Source: Candidatus Limnocylindrales bacterium (GTDB lineage: Bacteria > Chloroflexota > Limnocylindria > Limnocylindrales > CSP1-4). From it: a stretch of DNA of 64,000 nt. Position numbers and translations under genes: made by a program. Below the pieces are notes generated by a model. The model saw nothing but the letters and a program-made list of their open reading frames with translations. It ran no database searches and had not been told where the DNA came from. Location: the NCBI GenBank assembly GCA_050010635.1, contig JBEKKR010000008.1:56378-120377 (forward strand). Reading direction: 5' to 3'. Position 1 is the stretch's first letter. The number at the start of each line of letters is the position of its first letter. This document shows, piece after piece, positions 1 through 9,442 of this stretch.

Positions 1-225
1 TCGGTATGGACGTGGAACCAGTTCGTGCTCGCCCTGGTCCTCGTGGAGGACCCGAACCAGCGGACGGCGGCCGGCGCCCTGGGAGCTTTCCAGGGCCACT
101 ACGCCACCGACATCCCCTTGCTGTGCGCGGGCTCGCTGGAAATCCTCCTGCCCACCCTTATCGTCTTCATCCTTTTCCAGCGCCAGGTCATCGCCGCGCT
201 TCTACAGGGTTCGGTCAAGGGCTAG
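1..225 (+). CDS. Carbohydrate ABC transporter permease, C-terminal fragment (gene starts upstream of window)
   Basis: Tail ...DPNQRTAAGALGAFQGHYATDIPLLCAGSLEILLPTLIVFILFQRQVIAALLQGSVKG is typical of MalG/UgpE-type permease C-termini; stop at 223-225. Confidence 0.55.
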   Translation, partial: SVWTWNQFVLALVLVEDPNQRTAAGALGAFQGHYATDIPLLCAGSLEILLPTLIVFILFQRQVIAALLQGSVKG

Positions 226-251
226 CTGGGCCCAGACCCACCGAGGAAACC

Positions 252-1424
252 ATGCCACTTGCGATACATGCTGAGGCTGAGCCCGGCTACGGGGGCGTCG
301 TCGACGTCTTCGAGGCCAACTTCCGCGAGCGGGGGGACGTGGGCGCCGCCTGCGCCATTTACGTGGATGGCCGAAAGGTCGTTGACGTCTGGGGCGGGAT
401 AGCCGACAAGCGTTCTGCCCGACCGTGGGCCGAAGACACGGCCGCGGTGATCTTCTCCTGCAGTAAAGGCATTCTGGCTATCTGTGCATATGCGCTCGTC
501 CAGGACGGCCGTCTGGATCTCGAGGCACCCGTATCACGCTACTGGCCCGAGTTCGCGCAACACGGCAAGGAGGCGATTACCGTGCGCTGGCTGCTCAGCC
601 ACCGTGCCGGGCTGCCGGTGCTCGATCGGGATCTGACGCGCCCCGAGGTCCTTGCCTGGGAGCCGGTGATACGGGCAATCGAGGCCCAGTCTCCACTCTG
701 GGCTCCGGGTACGGCCCACTCATACCACGCCATGACCTACGGTTGGCTCGTCGGCGAGGTCATCCGCCGCATCACCGGCAGCCTGCCAGGCGTGTTCTTT
801 CGCGAGACCCTCGGGGATCCTCTGGGGTTGCACACCTGGATTGGCTTGCCTGCTTCCGCCCGCGCGTCGGTGGCCTGGATGGAGCCGCCCCTTCCTGATG
901 AGGACACTCCGACCGTCCGAGCCATTGTGCAACACCTCGCCGAGCCGGTGGCGTTGCGCAATCTCGACATGGGCGGGGCCTTCGGGTTCCCGCTTGAAGC
1001 CGGCATCGTGGCGTTCAACGACCCGGAGATACAGGCGGCAGAGGTTCCAGCTGCCAACGGCATCAGCACCGCGCGTTCGCTCGCCCGCCTCTACGCCGGC
1101 TGCGTATCAGAGATAGACGGCCCGAGGATCCTCTCCCGCTCGTCGATCGACGATGCCATCAGAGTGCTATCGTCCGGCCGGCAACTGTTTGGGCCGCCCG
1201 ACTCCGGTCAACGTTGGGGCACCGGATTCATGCTCGACTCTCCTCCAGCGCGCCCTCTAGTTGGAACTCGCAGCTTTGGGCACGATGGAGCCGGTGGTCA
1301 GCTTGGGTTTGCCGACGACGAGTTCGGCGTCGGCTTTGCCTACCTCAGCAATCAGATGGGTGGCCTCGTCGATGCCCGCGCGACTCAACTGACGGCTGCC
1401 GTCAAAGGTTGCCTCATCGGCTAG
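252..1424 (+). CDS. Serine hydrolase, beta-lactamase/esterase (class C-like) family
   Basis: ATG at 252 directly after the permease stop; S-x-x-K motif FSCSKG; overall beta-lactamase/EstB-like sequence. Confidence 0.8.
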   Translation: MPLAIHAEAEPGYGGVVDVFEANFRERGDVGAACAIYVDGRKVVDVWGGIADKRSARPWAEDTAAVIFSCSKGILAICAYALVQDGRLDLEAPVSRYWPEFAQHGKEAITVRWLLSHRAGLPVLDRDLTRPEVLAWEPVIRAIEAQSPLWAPGTAHSYHAMTYGWLVGEVIRRITGSLPGVFFRETLGDPLGLHTWIGLPASARASVAWMEPPLPDEDTPTVRAIVQHLAEPVALRNLDMGGAFGFPLEAGIVAFNDPEIQAAEVPAANGISTARSLARLYAGCVSEIDGPRILSRSSIDDAIRVLSSGRQLFGPPDSGQRWGTGFMLDSPPARPLVGTRSFGHDGAGGQLGFADDEFGVGFAYLSNQMGGLVDARATQLTAAVKGCLIG

Positions 1425-1502
1425 AAGTGACCGGAACAGTCACGACGATCGTGCGCAGATCCGCTCGGCGGACGTCGTGGCAGAACGGAAAGACAGAGCG
1501 GG

Positions 1503-2180
1503 ATGTCGAGGTCTTGGAGGAGCTTTGTGAAGGGCGACGTGATCGTCGTTGACAATAGCCACCGCCGGGTTGCGGCGACGATCGCGACGGCGATTCGACC
1601 GCTCCTCACCGCGAAACCGGGCCGGTTCCTCGTCACGGTCGCCGGCGAGTCCGGTTCAGGCAAGTCGGAAACTGCAGCGGCTCTTGCGGAGCAGCTGCTG
1701 GATGCGGGGATCCACTCCGCGATCCTCGGCCAGGACGACTACTTCGGGCTGCCGCCAAAGACAAACGACGCTCGGCGCCGTCAGGACCCTGATTGGCTCG
1801 GTCCTCACGTGGAGGTGCGCCTCGATCTGCTCCAGGCCAACGTGGACTCGGCTCTCGCGGGCGAGGCCTCAATTGAAAAGCCCATGGTCGACTACGCTGC
1901 CAATTCGCTTTCGACCGAAACCCTCAGCCTGGCCGGCGTGAAGGTCGTAATCGTCGAGGGAACCTACGTATCACTACTTAGGCACGTTGACGTGAGGATC
2001 TTCATCGCCCGAACCCGCCTTGAGACCCTGGAGCACCGGATGAGGAGGAATAGGGGCAACGAAGTGCGCGACCCCTTCATCGAGGGGATCCTCAGCGTTG
2101 AGCACAAGATCATCGCCGGCCATCGACATCTCGCTGATTTCGTCGTGACGAGCGACTACGACGTCGTCCAGGCAGACTGA
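1503..2180 (+). CDS. P-loop kinase of the uridine kinase/phosphoribulokinase family
   Basis: Walker A VTVAGESGSGKSE; length and downstream motifs resemble uridine kinase-like NTP-binding proteins. Confidence 0.55.
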   Translation: MSRSWRSFVKGDVIVVDNSHRRVAATIATAIRPLLTAKPGRFLVTVAGESGSGKSETAAALAEQLLDAGIHSAILGQDDYFGLPPKTNDARRRQDPDWLGPHVEVRLDLLQANVDSALAGEASIEKPMVDYAANSLSTETLSLAGVKVVIVEGTYVSLLRHVDVRIFIARTRLETLEHRMRRNRGNEVRDPFIEGILSVEHKIIAGHRHLADFVVTSDYDVVQAD

Positions 2181-2192
2181 GCCGCGAGCGCG

Positions 2193-3662
2193 ATGACAGT
2201 CAAGAACAAGGTCCAGCTGATCACCTACCCTGATTCACTCGGAGGCTCGCTGAAGGGCCTCGATGAGGCTCTGTCGCGCTTCTTTCCGGCTCTGTTCCAG
2301 GGCGGGATCCACATCCTGCCGCCGTTTCCGTCGTCGGGCGACCGAGGCTTTGCTCCGTTGACCTACCTGGAGATCGATCCGGCCTTCGGTACTTGGGATG
2401 ACATTCGACGGCTGGGCGAGCGATACGACATCTTGCTGGACCTCATGGTCAACCACATCTCCAGCAAGTCGCCATTCTTCGTCGACTTCCTGACGAACGG
2501 GCGCGCGTCGGAGTGGGCTGACCTCTTCATCACGCTTGACAAGTACTGGCCGGGCGGCCAACCGGCTCAACAGGACGTCGACAGGATGTTCCTGCGCAGA
2601 CAGCGGCCGTACTCCACGTTCAAGGTGGGTGCCGCCGGGATCGACGAGAAGATCTGGACGACCTTCGGCAAGACGGACCCATCTGAGCAGATCGATCTGG
2701 ATTGGAAGTCGCCCTTGTTCAAGGGCCTGGTTGCCGCCTTCATTGACAACTTCTCGCGTCAGGGCGTGAAGATCGTCAGGCTCGACGCTGTCGGATACCT
2801 GATCAAGAAACTTGGGACAAGCTGTTTCTTCGTCGAGCCCGAGATCTACGAATTCATGGACTGGATCAGCGCGATGGCCTCCACGAAGGGCATCACGCTC
2901 TTGCCGGAGGTTCATGCGCAGCCGGCAATCCAGAGTCGCCTCTCGCAGCATGGCTACTGGACCTACGACTTCATCCTGCCGTACACGATCCTCGAAGCGC
3001 TGATCATTCGGTCTCCGATACGTCTCCGGCCGTACCTGCTGTCGAGATCCGCCAAGCAGTTCACGATGCTCGACTGCCATGACGGAGTCCCGGTGAAGCC
3101 CGACATGGATGGGCTGTACGCGCCCGAGGACGTTCGTTGCCTGGTCCAGACATGCCTGGATCGCGGCGCGAACCTTAGCCTGGTTGTGTCACCCGAACAT
3201 CAGGACCCGGATGGCTTCGATGTCCACCAGATCAGAGGTACCTACTACTCACTGTTGGGTTGCGACGACGACGCCTACATCGCCGCCCGCGCCATTCAGT
3301 TCTTCGTGCCGGGCGTACCACAGGTCTACTACGTCGGTCTCCTTGCCGGACAGAACGACGTAGAGGCCGTCGCCCGCAGCGGCGAAGGCCGAGAGATCAA
3401 TCGGCACAACTACGGCGCTGACGAGATCGAGGCAGCAGTCAGAACGGATGTCGTACGGCGTCTCGACTGGCTCATCCGCCTTCGAAACCAGCATCCGGCG
3501 TTTGACGGGGAATTCCGAGTACTCGATTCCGACGCCGGCAGGCTGCGTCTCGCCTGGTCGAAGGATGGCGATAGCTGCGCTCTGGACGTCGATTTCGTCT
3601 CAATGAGCTCCAGCGTCGAGTCCATGGACGCGCTGGGGCACGTGCAGCGTGTCAGTCTCTAG
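2193..3662 (+). CDS. GH13 sucrose phosphorylase-family glycoside phosphorylase (possibly glucosylglycerate phosphorylase)
   Basis: 489 aa; N-terminus LITYPDSLGGSLKGL...ILPPFPSSGDRGFAP...LDLMVNHIS matches sucrose phosphorylase (GH13_18). Confidence 0.75.
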   Translation: MTVKNKVQLITYPDSLGGSLKGLDEALSRFFPALFQGGIHILPPFPSSGDRGFAPLTYLEIDPAFGTWDDIRRLGERYDILLDLMVNHISSKSPFFVDFLTNGRASEWADLFITLDKYWPGGQPAQQDVDRMFLRRQRPYSTFKVGAAGIDEKIWTTFGKTDPSEQIDLDWKSPLFKGLVAAFIDNFSRQGVKIVRLDAVGYLIKKLGTSCFFVEPEIYEFMDWISAMASTKGITLLPEVHAQPAIQSRLSQHGYWTYDFILPYTILEALIIRSPIRLRPYLLSRSAKQFTMLDCHDGVPVKPDMDGLYAPEDVRCLVQTCLDRGANLSLVVSPEHQDPDGFDVHQIRGTYYSLLGCDDDAYIAARAIQFFVPGVPQVYYVGLLAGQNDVEAVARSGEGREINRHNYGADEIEAAVRTDVVRRLDWLIRLRNQHPAFDGEFRVLDSDAGRLRLAWSKDGDSCALDVDFVSMSSSVESMDALGHVQRVSL

Positions 3663-3671
3663 ATTGGTCTG

Positions 3672-4640
3672 TCAGCTGTTCAGCGAATCGATCGTCTGGC
3701 GCAGGACGTCGGCGGACTTGCGGACACCCCGGGCCTCGTGCGGGCTGAGGTCCAGCCGGAGGACGCGCTCGATGCCGCGCCGGCTGACCACCGTCGGCAG
3801 GCTCAGGCAGACGTCGTCGATGCCGTAGTAGTCCGTGATCAGGCTCGAGATCGACAGGACCGTGTTCTGGTCGCGCAGGATCGCCTCGGCGATGCGCATC
3901 AGGCCGGCGGCGACGGCGTAGTAGGTGGAGCCCTTCCGGGTGATGATCTCGTAGGCCGCGTCGCGCGTCTGGCGGAAGATCCGTTCCATCGTGTCGGCGC
4001 CGAGGGCGATGCCGTTCTCCGCGCAGAAGGTGGGCAGGCGCATGCCCGCCACGTTGGCGAGCGACCAGACGGGCACTTCGCTGTCGCCGTGCTCGCCGAT
4101 GATGTAGGCGTGGACGCTGCGCGGGTCCACGCCGAGGTGCTCGCTCAGCATGTAGCGGAAGCGAGCCGTATCGAGGATCGTGCCCGATCCAAATACGCGA
4201 CTCGCCGGCAGCCCGGCCAGGTCCAGCGTCACGTACGTCAGGACGTCGACCGGGTTGGTGGCGACGACGATGATCCCCTCGGGGTTGGCCTCCGCGATCC
4301 GCGGCACGATCTGGGCGAAGATCGCCGCGTTCCGCCGCACCAGCTCGAGGCGAGTCTCGCCGGGGCGCTGTCCGACGCCGGCGGCGATGACCGTGATCGC
4401 GGCGCCCTGGCAGTCGGAGTATTCGCCGGCGCAGATCTTCGTCGGATGGGCGAACGGAACGGCGTGGTTGAGGTCCATCGCCTCGCCCTCGGCGCGCTCC
4501 TTGTTGGCGTCGACCAGCACTATCTCCGAGGCGATCCCGGAGAGAAGCAGCGTGTAGGCGAAGGTTGAGCCGACCATGCCGGTGCCTACGATCGCGACCT
4601 TCGTCGGCCGGCCCGTCTGGTAGTCGGGCTCGCGGGCCAT
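3672..4640 (-). CDS. ldh: L-lactate dehydrogenase
   Basis: KVAIVGTGMVGSTFAY Rossmann motif; catalytic region IGEHGDSEVPVWS; start taken at MAREPDY (ATG at 4638-4640). The ORF is open up to 4904 but the extra N-terminus is low-complexity. An alternative ATG lies near 4730. Confidence 0.85.
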   Translation of the reverse strand: MAREPDYQTGRPTKVAIVGTGMVGSTFAYTLLLSGIASEIVLVDANKERAEGEAMDLNHAVPFAHPTKICAGEYSDCQGAAITVIAAGVGQRPGETRLELVRRNAAIFAQIVPRIAEANPEGIIVVATNPVDVLTYVTLDLAGLPASRVFGSGTILDTARFRYMLSEHLGVDPRSVHAYIIGEHGDSEVPVWSLANVAGMRLPTFCAENGIALGADTMERIFRQTRDAAYEIITRKGSTYYAVAAGLMRIAEAILRDQNTVLSISSLITDYYGIDDVCLSLPTVVSRRGIERVLRLDLSPHEARGVRKSADVLRQTIDSLNS

Positions 4641-5051
4641 CGACGGCTCACCGGTCGGGCGACGGCGGTGGGCCGCACTCTTCCTGGGTTCGCCGGCAGG
4701 GGCTTCGGTGGGAGAGTCGGTCTCGCTCATGGACTCATCGTGACACGACAGGATGCCTTGCGCCAGCCGGGGCGCCGATGCGGCTCGAGTCCCCGGCGGA
4801 TCACGACCCACCGGCTGCTCGTTCGCCTCGGGTCGACCCACGTTCCGACCGGCGATCGACCTCGGTTTGGTTCTCGGGGTCGAATTCCGGGCCGGGTCCG
4901 GCACCTGCCGAAGCCACTCTGTCCAGGCGCTACAATCCGGCCACGCCGTCGCCCGCGGCAGGCGACGAGCAAGACGGAGTCTGGTACTGCTTCCGCGATG
5001 GCCGGCCGGTGGCCGCGCCCTTCACCCGGCCTGGCACGAGGTAGATCGCAC

Positions 5052-5195
5052 ATGCCGGCTACCAGTCCCACCGATCGGTCGGTCGGTGACCGCCTGGTCT
5101 TTCTGGGCCACTTGACCGTCCTCGTCGAGATGGCGGGGACGCGGCTCCTCACGGACCAGGTCCTGCTGCCTGACCGCGGTGTCGCGGCCGCGTAG
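5052..5195 (+). pseudogene. Possible remnant of an MBL-fold hydrolase N-terminus
   Basis: DRLVFLGHLTVLVEMAGTRLLTD matches the conserved first beta-strands of metallo-beta-lactamase-fold proteins, but the ORF terminates after about 45 aa; no continuation in any frame. Confidence 0.3.
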
Positions 5196-6579
5196 GGGGA
5201 GCGGCGCAGGGCGGGCCAACCCTGCGACTCGCTCGCTGGCCCCAACCGCCGCCCAGGACGGTCCACGCGTCGATCCAGCCCGGCCACCGGATCCGACGAT
5301 CGCAGAGGTGGGGCGCGAGCGCAATCCGCTCAAGCGCGCGCTGCTGGTCATGGGCCCTGGCGTGATAACGGGCGCTTCCGACGACGACCCCTCCGGCATA
5401 GGAACGTATGCGCAAGCTGGAGCCAGCTACGGCTACGCCACGCTGTGGACCGTCGTCCTCATGCTGCCTATGGTCACCACGGTCCAGTACATCTCGGCCA
5501 AGGTCGGGCTCGTAAGCGGTCGCGGCCTGGCCGGAGTGCTCCGCCAGTACTATCCGCGCTGGGTGCTGTATCCGGCCATACTGGCACTCGTGGTCGCCAA
5601 TACCCTGAACGCAGGGGCCGACATCGGGGCCATCGCAGCCGCCCTGAACCTGCTCCTGCCGGTGCCCGCGATGGCGTTCATCGTGCCCATCGGCGCGGCC
5701 ATCGTGGCAGTCCAGGTGCTGGGCTCCTACCATCTCATCGCCCGCGTCTTCAAATGGCTGGCTTTGGCGTTGCTGGCCTATCTGGCCGCTGCGCTGTTCA
5801 CCCGCCCCAACGTTGGCTCCGTGCTCACCGGCAGTTTCGTGCCGACCATTCGGCTGGATCCGCAGTACATCGGCATCCTGGTGGCGCTGCTCGGCACGAC
5901 GATCTCGCCGTACCTCTTCTTCTGGCAGGCCAGCCAGGAGGTGGACGAAGAGAGGCAGATGGGTCGTAAGTGGCTCTGGCAACGGCAGGGCGCAAGCCGC
6001 ACGGAACTCCGCTACGCCCTGTGGGACACGATGGCCGGCATGGTCTTGTGTGAGGTCGTGGCCTACTCCATCATCCTCACCGCCGGAGCGACCCTGTTCG
6101 CCGCGAACAACCACGACATCACGTCGGCGGCCGAGGCGGCCGAGGGATTGCGACCGCTCGCGGGCGAGTGGTGCACGGCGCTGCTGGCGGTTGGGCTGAT
6201 CGGTACGGGCGTGCTGGCGGTTCCGATTCTGACCGGCTCCGCGGCCTACGGAGTGGCAGAAGCGTTCGGCTGGTCGTCGGGCCTCGACTCCCGTCCGTCG
6301 CGGGCACCGCAGTTCTACGCGGTCATCGCGGCAGCCACGGCCATCGGGATGGGCATCAACTTCGTGGGCCTGAACCCGATCGCAGTCCTGGTGATAACGG
6401 CGGTAATCAACGGCCTGCTCGCGGCTCCGCTCCTGGTCGTGTTGATGCTCGTGTCGAACGACCGCAAGGTGATGGGCGAGCGCGTCAACGGTCGCCTGGT
6501 GAACGTGATCGGCTGCGTGACCGCCGTCGTCTTGTCCGCGGCGGCGGTCGGCCTGATCGTCACCACCCTTCTGGGCTGA
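5179..6579 (+). CDS. mntH: NRAMP-family divalent metal (Mn2+/Fe2+) transporter
   Basis: LLVMGPGVITGASDDDPSGIGTYAQAGASYGY resembles the E. coli MntH N-terminus; multiple TM segments; start uncertain (alternative GTG near 5308). Confidence 0.8.
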   Translation: MSRPRRGSGAGRANPATRSLAPTAAQDGPRVDPARPPDPTIAEVGRERNPLKRALLVMGPGVITGASDDDPSGIGTYAQAGASYGYATLWTVVLMLPMVTTVQYISAKVGLVSGRGLAGVLRQYYPRWVLYPAILALVVANTLNAGADIGAIAAALNLLLPVPAMAFIVPIGAAIVAVQVLGSYHLIARVFKWLALALLAYLAAALFTRPNVGSVLTGSFVPTIRLDPQYIGILVALLGTTISPYLFFWQASQEVDEERQMGRKWLWQRQGASRTELRYALWDTMAGMVLCEVVAYSIILTAGATLFAANNHDITSAAEAAEGLRPLAGEWCTALLAVGLIGTGVLAVPILTGSAAYGVAEAFGWSSGLDSRPSRAPQFYAVIAAATAIGMGINFVGLNPIAVLVITAVINGLLAAPLLVVLMLVSNDRKVMGERVNGRLVNVIGCVTAVVLSAAAVGLIVTTLLG

Positions 6580-6619
6580 GTTGCGCGACTGGCTGGTATG
6601 ACGCGCGGCACCGGATGGG

Positions 6620-7417
6620 CTATCCCTTGGCCTTGCCCAGCTCCGTGATGACGGTCCGGAACGGCTCGGCGTAGCCGGTGAAGCCGGCGAAGAGCCGCCA
6701 GACCTCCTCCGGCGGGCGGCCCGATTTGAGCATCCCCGCGCTCCAGGACTTGGCGTTGGCGTTTGCGCGCGGTCCGAAGCAGCCGTAGCAGCCGCGGGAG
6801 TAGGTGGGGCAAAGGGCGTTGCAGCCGGACGTGGTCACTGGACCCATGCACGCATCGCCGGCGGCCACGACGATGCAGACGATGCCCTTGCGCTTGCATT
6901 CTCGGCAGACGGCCTCGTCGCGGATCTGGGGCCGGCGGCCGACCAGGACCGAGGTGAGCAGCTCGGCGAGCTGGCCGCCGTCTATCGGACAACCCCGCAG
7001 CTCCGCGTCAACCTTGATGTGATCGGAGACGGGCGTGGCCATTGCCAGCGACTCGATCCACTCCGGGTGCTCGTAGATGGCCGCCCGGAAGGCGTCGTGG
7101 TCGGCCCAGTTGCGGAGGGCCTGGATCCCGCCGGACGTGGCGCAGGCCCCGATGGTGACGAGGATGCGGGCCTGCTTGCGCAGCTCCTTGATGGCGTCGA
7201 TGTGCTCCGGGGCGCTGACGGACCCCTCGACGAAGACGATGTCGTAAGGGCCGGGCGACCGGCGCGAGGTGGCCTCGGGGAACTCGACGATGTCGAAGCG
7301 CGAGACGATCTCCAGCAGCTGGTCCTCGAGGTCCAGCAGCGTCAGCTGGCACCCGTCGCACGACGCGAACTTGACGACGGCGACGCGCGGTCGAGCGGTT
7401 CTGCCTGCGGTCGCCAT
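6620..7417 (-). CDS. [NiFe]-hydrogenase small subunit-like Fe-S protein (group 3b HyhS/HydD-like, NuoB/Oxidored_q6 family)
   Basis: N-terminal CDGCQ; GACATSGG; RGCPID; distal cluster motifs CRECKRKGIVC, CMGPVTTSGCNALCP, CYGCFG; collinear with Pyrococcus HydD. Start codon overlaps the stop of the upstream gene (TGATG). Confidence 0.75.
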   Translation of the reverse strand: MATAGRTARPRVAVVKFASCDGCQLTLLDLEDQLLEIVSRFDIVEFPEATSRRSPGPYDIVFVEGSVSAPEHIDAIKELRKQARILVTIGACATSGGIQALRNWADHDAFRAAIYEHPEWIESLAMATPVSDHIKVDAELRGCPIDGGQLAELLTSVLVGRRPQIRDEAVCRECKRKGIVCIVVAAGDACMGPVTTSGCNALCPTYSRGCYGCFGPRANANAKSWSAGMLKSGRPPEEVWRLFAGFTGYAEPFRTVITELGKAKG

Positions 7418-9393
7418 CAGATTCCCTCTCGATTGAACATGTCGCCGAGCTCGTCGAGCCGGAAAACGGGGCCGTCCTTGCACACGAACCGACCGGCCAT
7501 CTGGCAGTGGCCGCACAGGCCGATGCCGCACTCCATGTGGCGCTCCATCGAGACGCAGATCCGATCGGCGGGAACGCCCTTGGAGATCAGGCCCTGGACC
7601 GACGACTGCATCATCCGCTCGGGTCCCACGACGAAGGCCGTGACCTTGGAGCAGTCCCACGAGATCATGTCGAAGAGCGTCGTGACCACGCCGACGCGGC
7701 CCTTCCACTCGGGCCCGGCGCGATCCACCGTGACGGCCACGTCGATGGCCTTGCTGGCGCTCCACGCCGCCAGGTCGTCGCGGAACAGCTGGTCCTCCGG
7801 CGTCCGCGAGCCGTAGAAGAGCGAGACCGACTCGAAGCGTTCGTGGTTCGCGACGAGCGCGTCGACCAGGCCGTGCAGCGGCGACAGACCGACGCCGCCG
7901 GCGACCACCACGGCATGCCGGCCATACGCTTCCTCAATCGGCCAGAAGGTCCCGAGCGGACCTCGCAGCCCGACCTTCGCCCCGGGATGGAGATTGACCA
8001 GGGCGGTCGATGTGGGGCCGACGGCCCGGATCGTCAGGTCTATGTGGTCGGCTCGGAAGCGCGAGATGGAAATCGGCACGCCCGGGAAGGCCGGCAGGGC
8101 GACCATCACGAACTGGCCCGGCCGGCCTGACAGGAAGGCCGGATCGAGGTCCGTCAATGACAGGGTCGTCGTGTCCTCGGTCTCGGCCCGGACCGAGCCC
8201 AGGCGGGCCACCGAGTAGGTGCCGGGGCTGGCGGCAACGGGCGTCACGGCCACGGGATGGACGACCGGCGGGATCGGCGGCGCGATGGCCGCCAGCTCTT
8301 CGCGGACGTCTATGCGGACCGGGCACCAGGCGATGCAGCGACCGCAGCCGACGCAGCCCGAGCTCTCGAACTGGTCCCACCAGGTCGAGAACTTGTGGGT
8401 CAGCCACTGGCGGTAGCGGTCGCGCGGCCGGGCCCGGAAGTCGCCGCCGGCGACCTTGGCGAAGGCCACGTCGAAGCACGAGTCCCACTGCCGCTCGGTC
8501 GAGCTCGTCTTGCCGTCCAGGTCCGACCTCTCGACGACCGACGTGCAGAAGCACGTGGGGCAGGCCATGGTGCAGTTGCCGCATTCGACGCAGCGGTCCG
8601 CGACCTGGATCCAGCGCGGGTGGTCCAGTTGCAGCTTGAGGCGCTCCCCGATGCCGGCCATCGGCAGCGGCTCGCCCATCTGCGTCCGCACCGACTCGAC
8701 GTTGTCCACCGCGGCGCCGGCCTCGGCGTGCGAGGGGCGGCGCGTCGGAAGCTTGGCGACGATCGCGGCTCCGCCCGGCGATCCGGCCTGGATGACGAAG
8801 CCGTCCTCGATCTCGGTGAGCATGATGTCGTAGCCGTCCCGGACCTCCGGTCCGGTCCCCATCGAGGTGCAGAAGCACGTGCTGGACGACGTGGTGCACT
8901 GGACCGCGACGATGAAGGCGGCGGCGCGCCTGGCCCGGTAATCCTCGTCGGTAAACTGGCTGCCGAGGAAGACTCGATCCTGTATAGCCAGGGCCGCTAT
9001 CTCGCAGGCGCGGACGCCCAGGAAGGCCACCGGCGGCGCCTCGGCCACCTGTTGCTCGAAGCCGAACGAGGTGCGATGGGCGGTCGCGATCGTCAGGTTG
9101 GGCGGGAAGGTGAACCGTTTCCAGGAAGTGGGCCCGACCGTGTAGCCGAAGACCTGGTCATCGCTGCGCCGTTCCAACCGATAGCGTCCGGCGCTCTGCT
9201 CGTCTCGCCAGCCGGCCGGAAGGTCGGCCGCCGTCTGGATCTCGTCGTAGACGATGGCGCTTTCGCGGATCGTGGGCCCGATGACACGCCGGCCGGTCGC
9301 TCGAATGGCCTGGATGAGCTCGTCGAGGTCCTGGCGCGCCAGGAACCACTGCCGGGCCGGGGCCGTCTGGCTGGGGGCAGGGCTGGTGATCAC
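7417..9393 (-). CDS. Fused Fe-S/flavin oxidoreductase: N-terminal 4Fe-4S dicluster domain (HyhB/AsrA-like) plus C-terminal FAD/NAD(P)-binding domain with 2Fe-2S site (HyhG/AsrB/PyrK-like)
   Basis: CVECGNCTMACPTCFC and CVGCGRCIAWCP ferredoxin motifs; C-terminal half with AVVVAGGVGLSP and CGIGLCGHCQMAGRFVC. Confidence 0.75.
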   Translation of the reverse strand: MITSPAPSQTAPARQWFLARQDLDELIQAIRATGRRVIGPTIRESAIVYDEIQTAADLPAGWRDEQSAGRYRLERRSDDQVFGYTVGPTSWKRFTFPPNLTIATAHRTSFGFEQQVAEAPPVAFLGVRACEIAALAIQDRVFLGSQFTDEDYRARRAAAFIVAVQCTTSSSTCFCTSMGTGPEVRDGYDIMLTEIEDGFVIQAGSPGGAAIVAKLPTRRPSHAEAGAAVDNVESVRTQMGEPLPMAGIGERLKLQLDHPRWIQVADRCVECGNCTMACPTCFCTSVVERSDLDGKTSSTERQWDSCFDVAFAKVAGGDFRARPRDRYRQWLTHKFSTWWDQFESSGCVGCGRCIAWCPVRIDVREELAAIAPPIPPVVHPVAVTPVAASPGTYSVARLGSVRAETEDTTTLSLTDLDPAFLSGRPGQFVMVALPAFPGVPISISRFRADHIDLTIRAVGPTSTALVNLHPGAKVGLRGPLGTFWPIEEAYGRHAVVVAGGVGLSPLHGLVDALVANHERFESVSLFYGSRTPEDQLFRDDLAAWSASKAIDVAVTVDRAGPEWKGRVGVVTTLFDMISWDCSKVTAFVVGPERMMQSSVQGLISKGVPADRICVSMERHMECGIGLCGHCQMAGRFVCKDGPVFRLDELGDMFNREGI

Positions 9394-9442
9394 GATTCCG
9401 GCGACCTCCTGGAAGGGCGGCTGGCGGCTGAACGAGGGAGCC

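Noticed and set aside
6-251. N-terminal 82 codons of the 6-1424 ORF as part of the beta-lactamase-like protein
   Set aside because: This stretch overlaps, in another frame, the well-conserved C-terminus of an ABC permease; the hydrolase family N-terminus begins at the ATG at 252 right after the permease stop.
4641-4904. 88-codon N-terminal extension of the ldh ORF
   Set aside because: Low-complexity R/P-rich sequence not found in LDHs; the canonical N-terminus starts at MAREPDY...KVAIVGTG with an upstream GGTGAG RBS-like element.
5149-6114. 321-aa minus-strand ORF and several others inside the NRAMP gene
   Set aside because: Antisense to a multi-TM transporter with a clear NRAMP N-terminal signature; His/Arg-rich nonsense composition.
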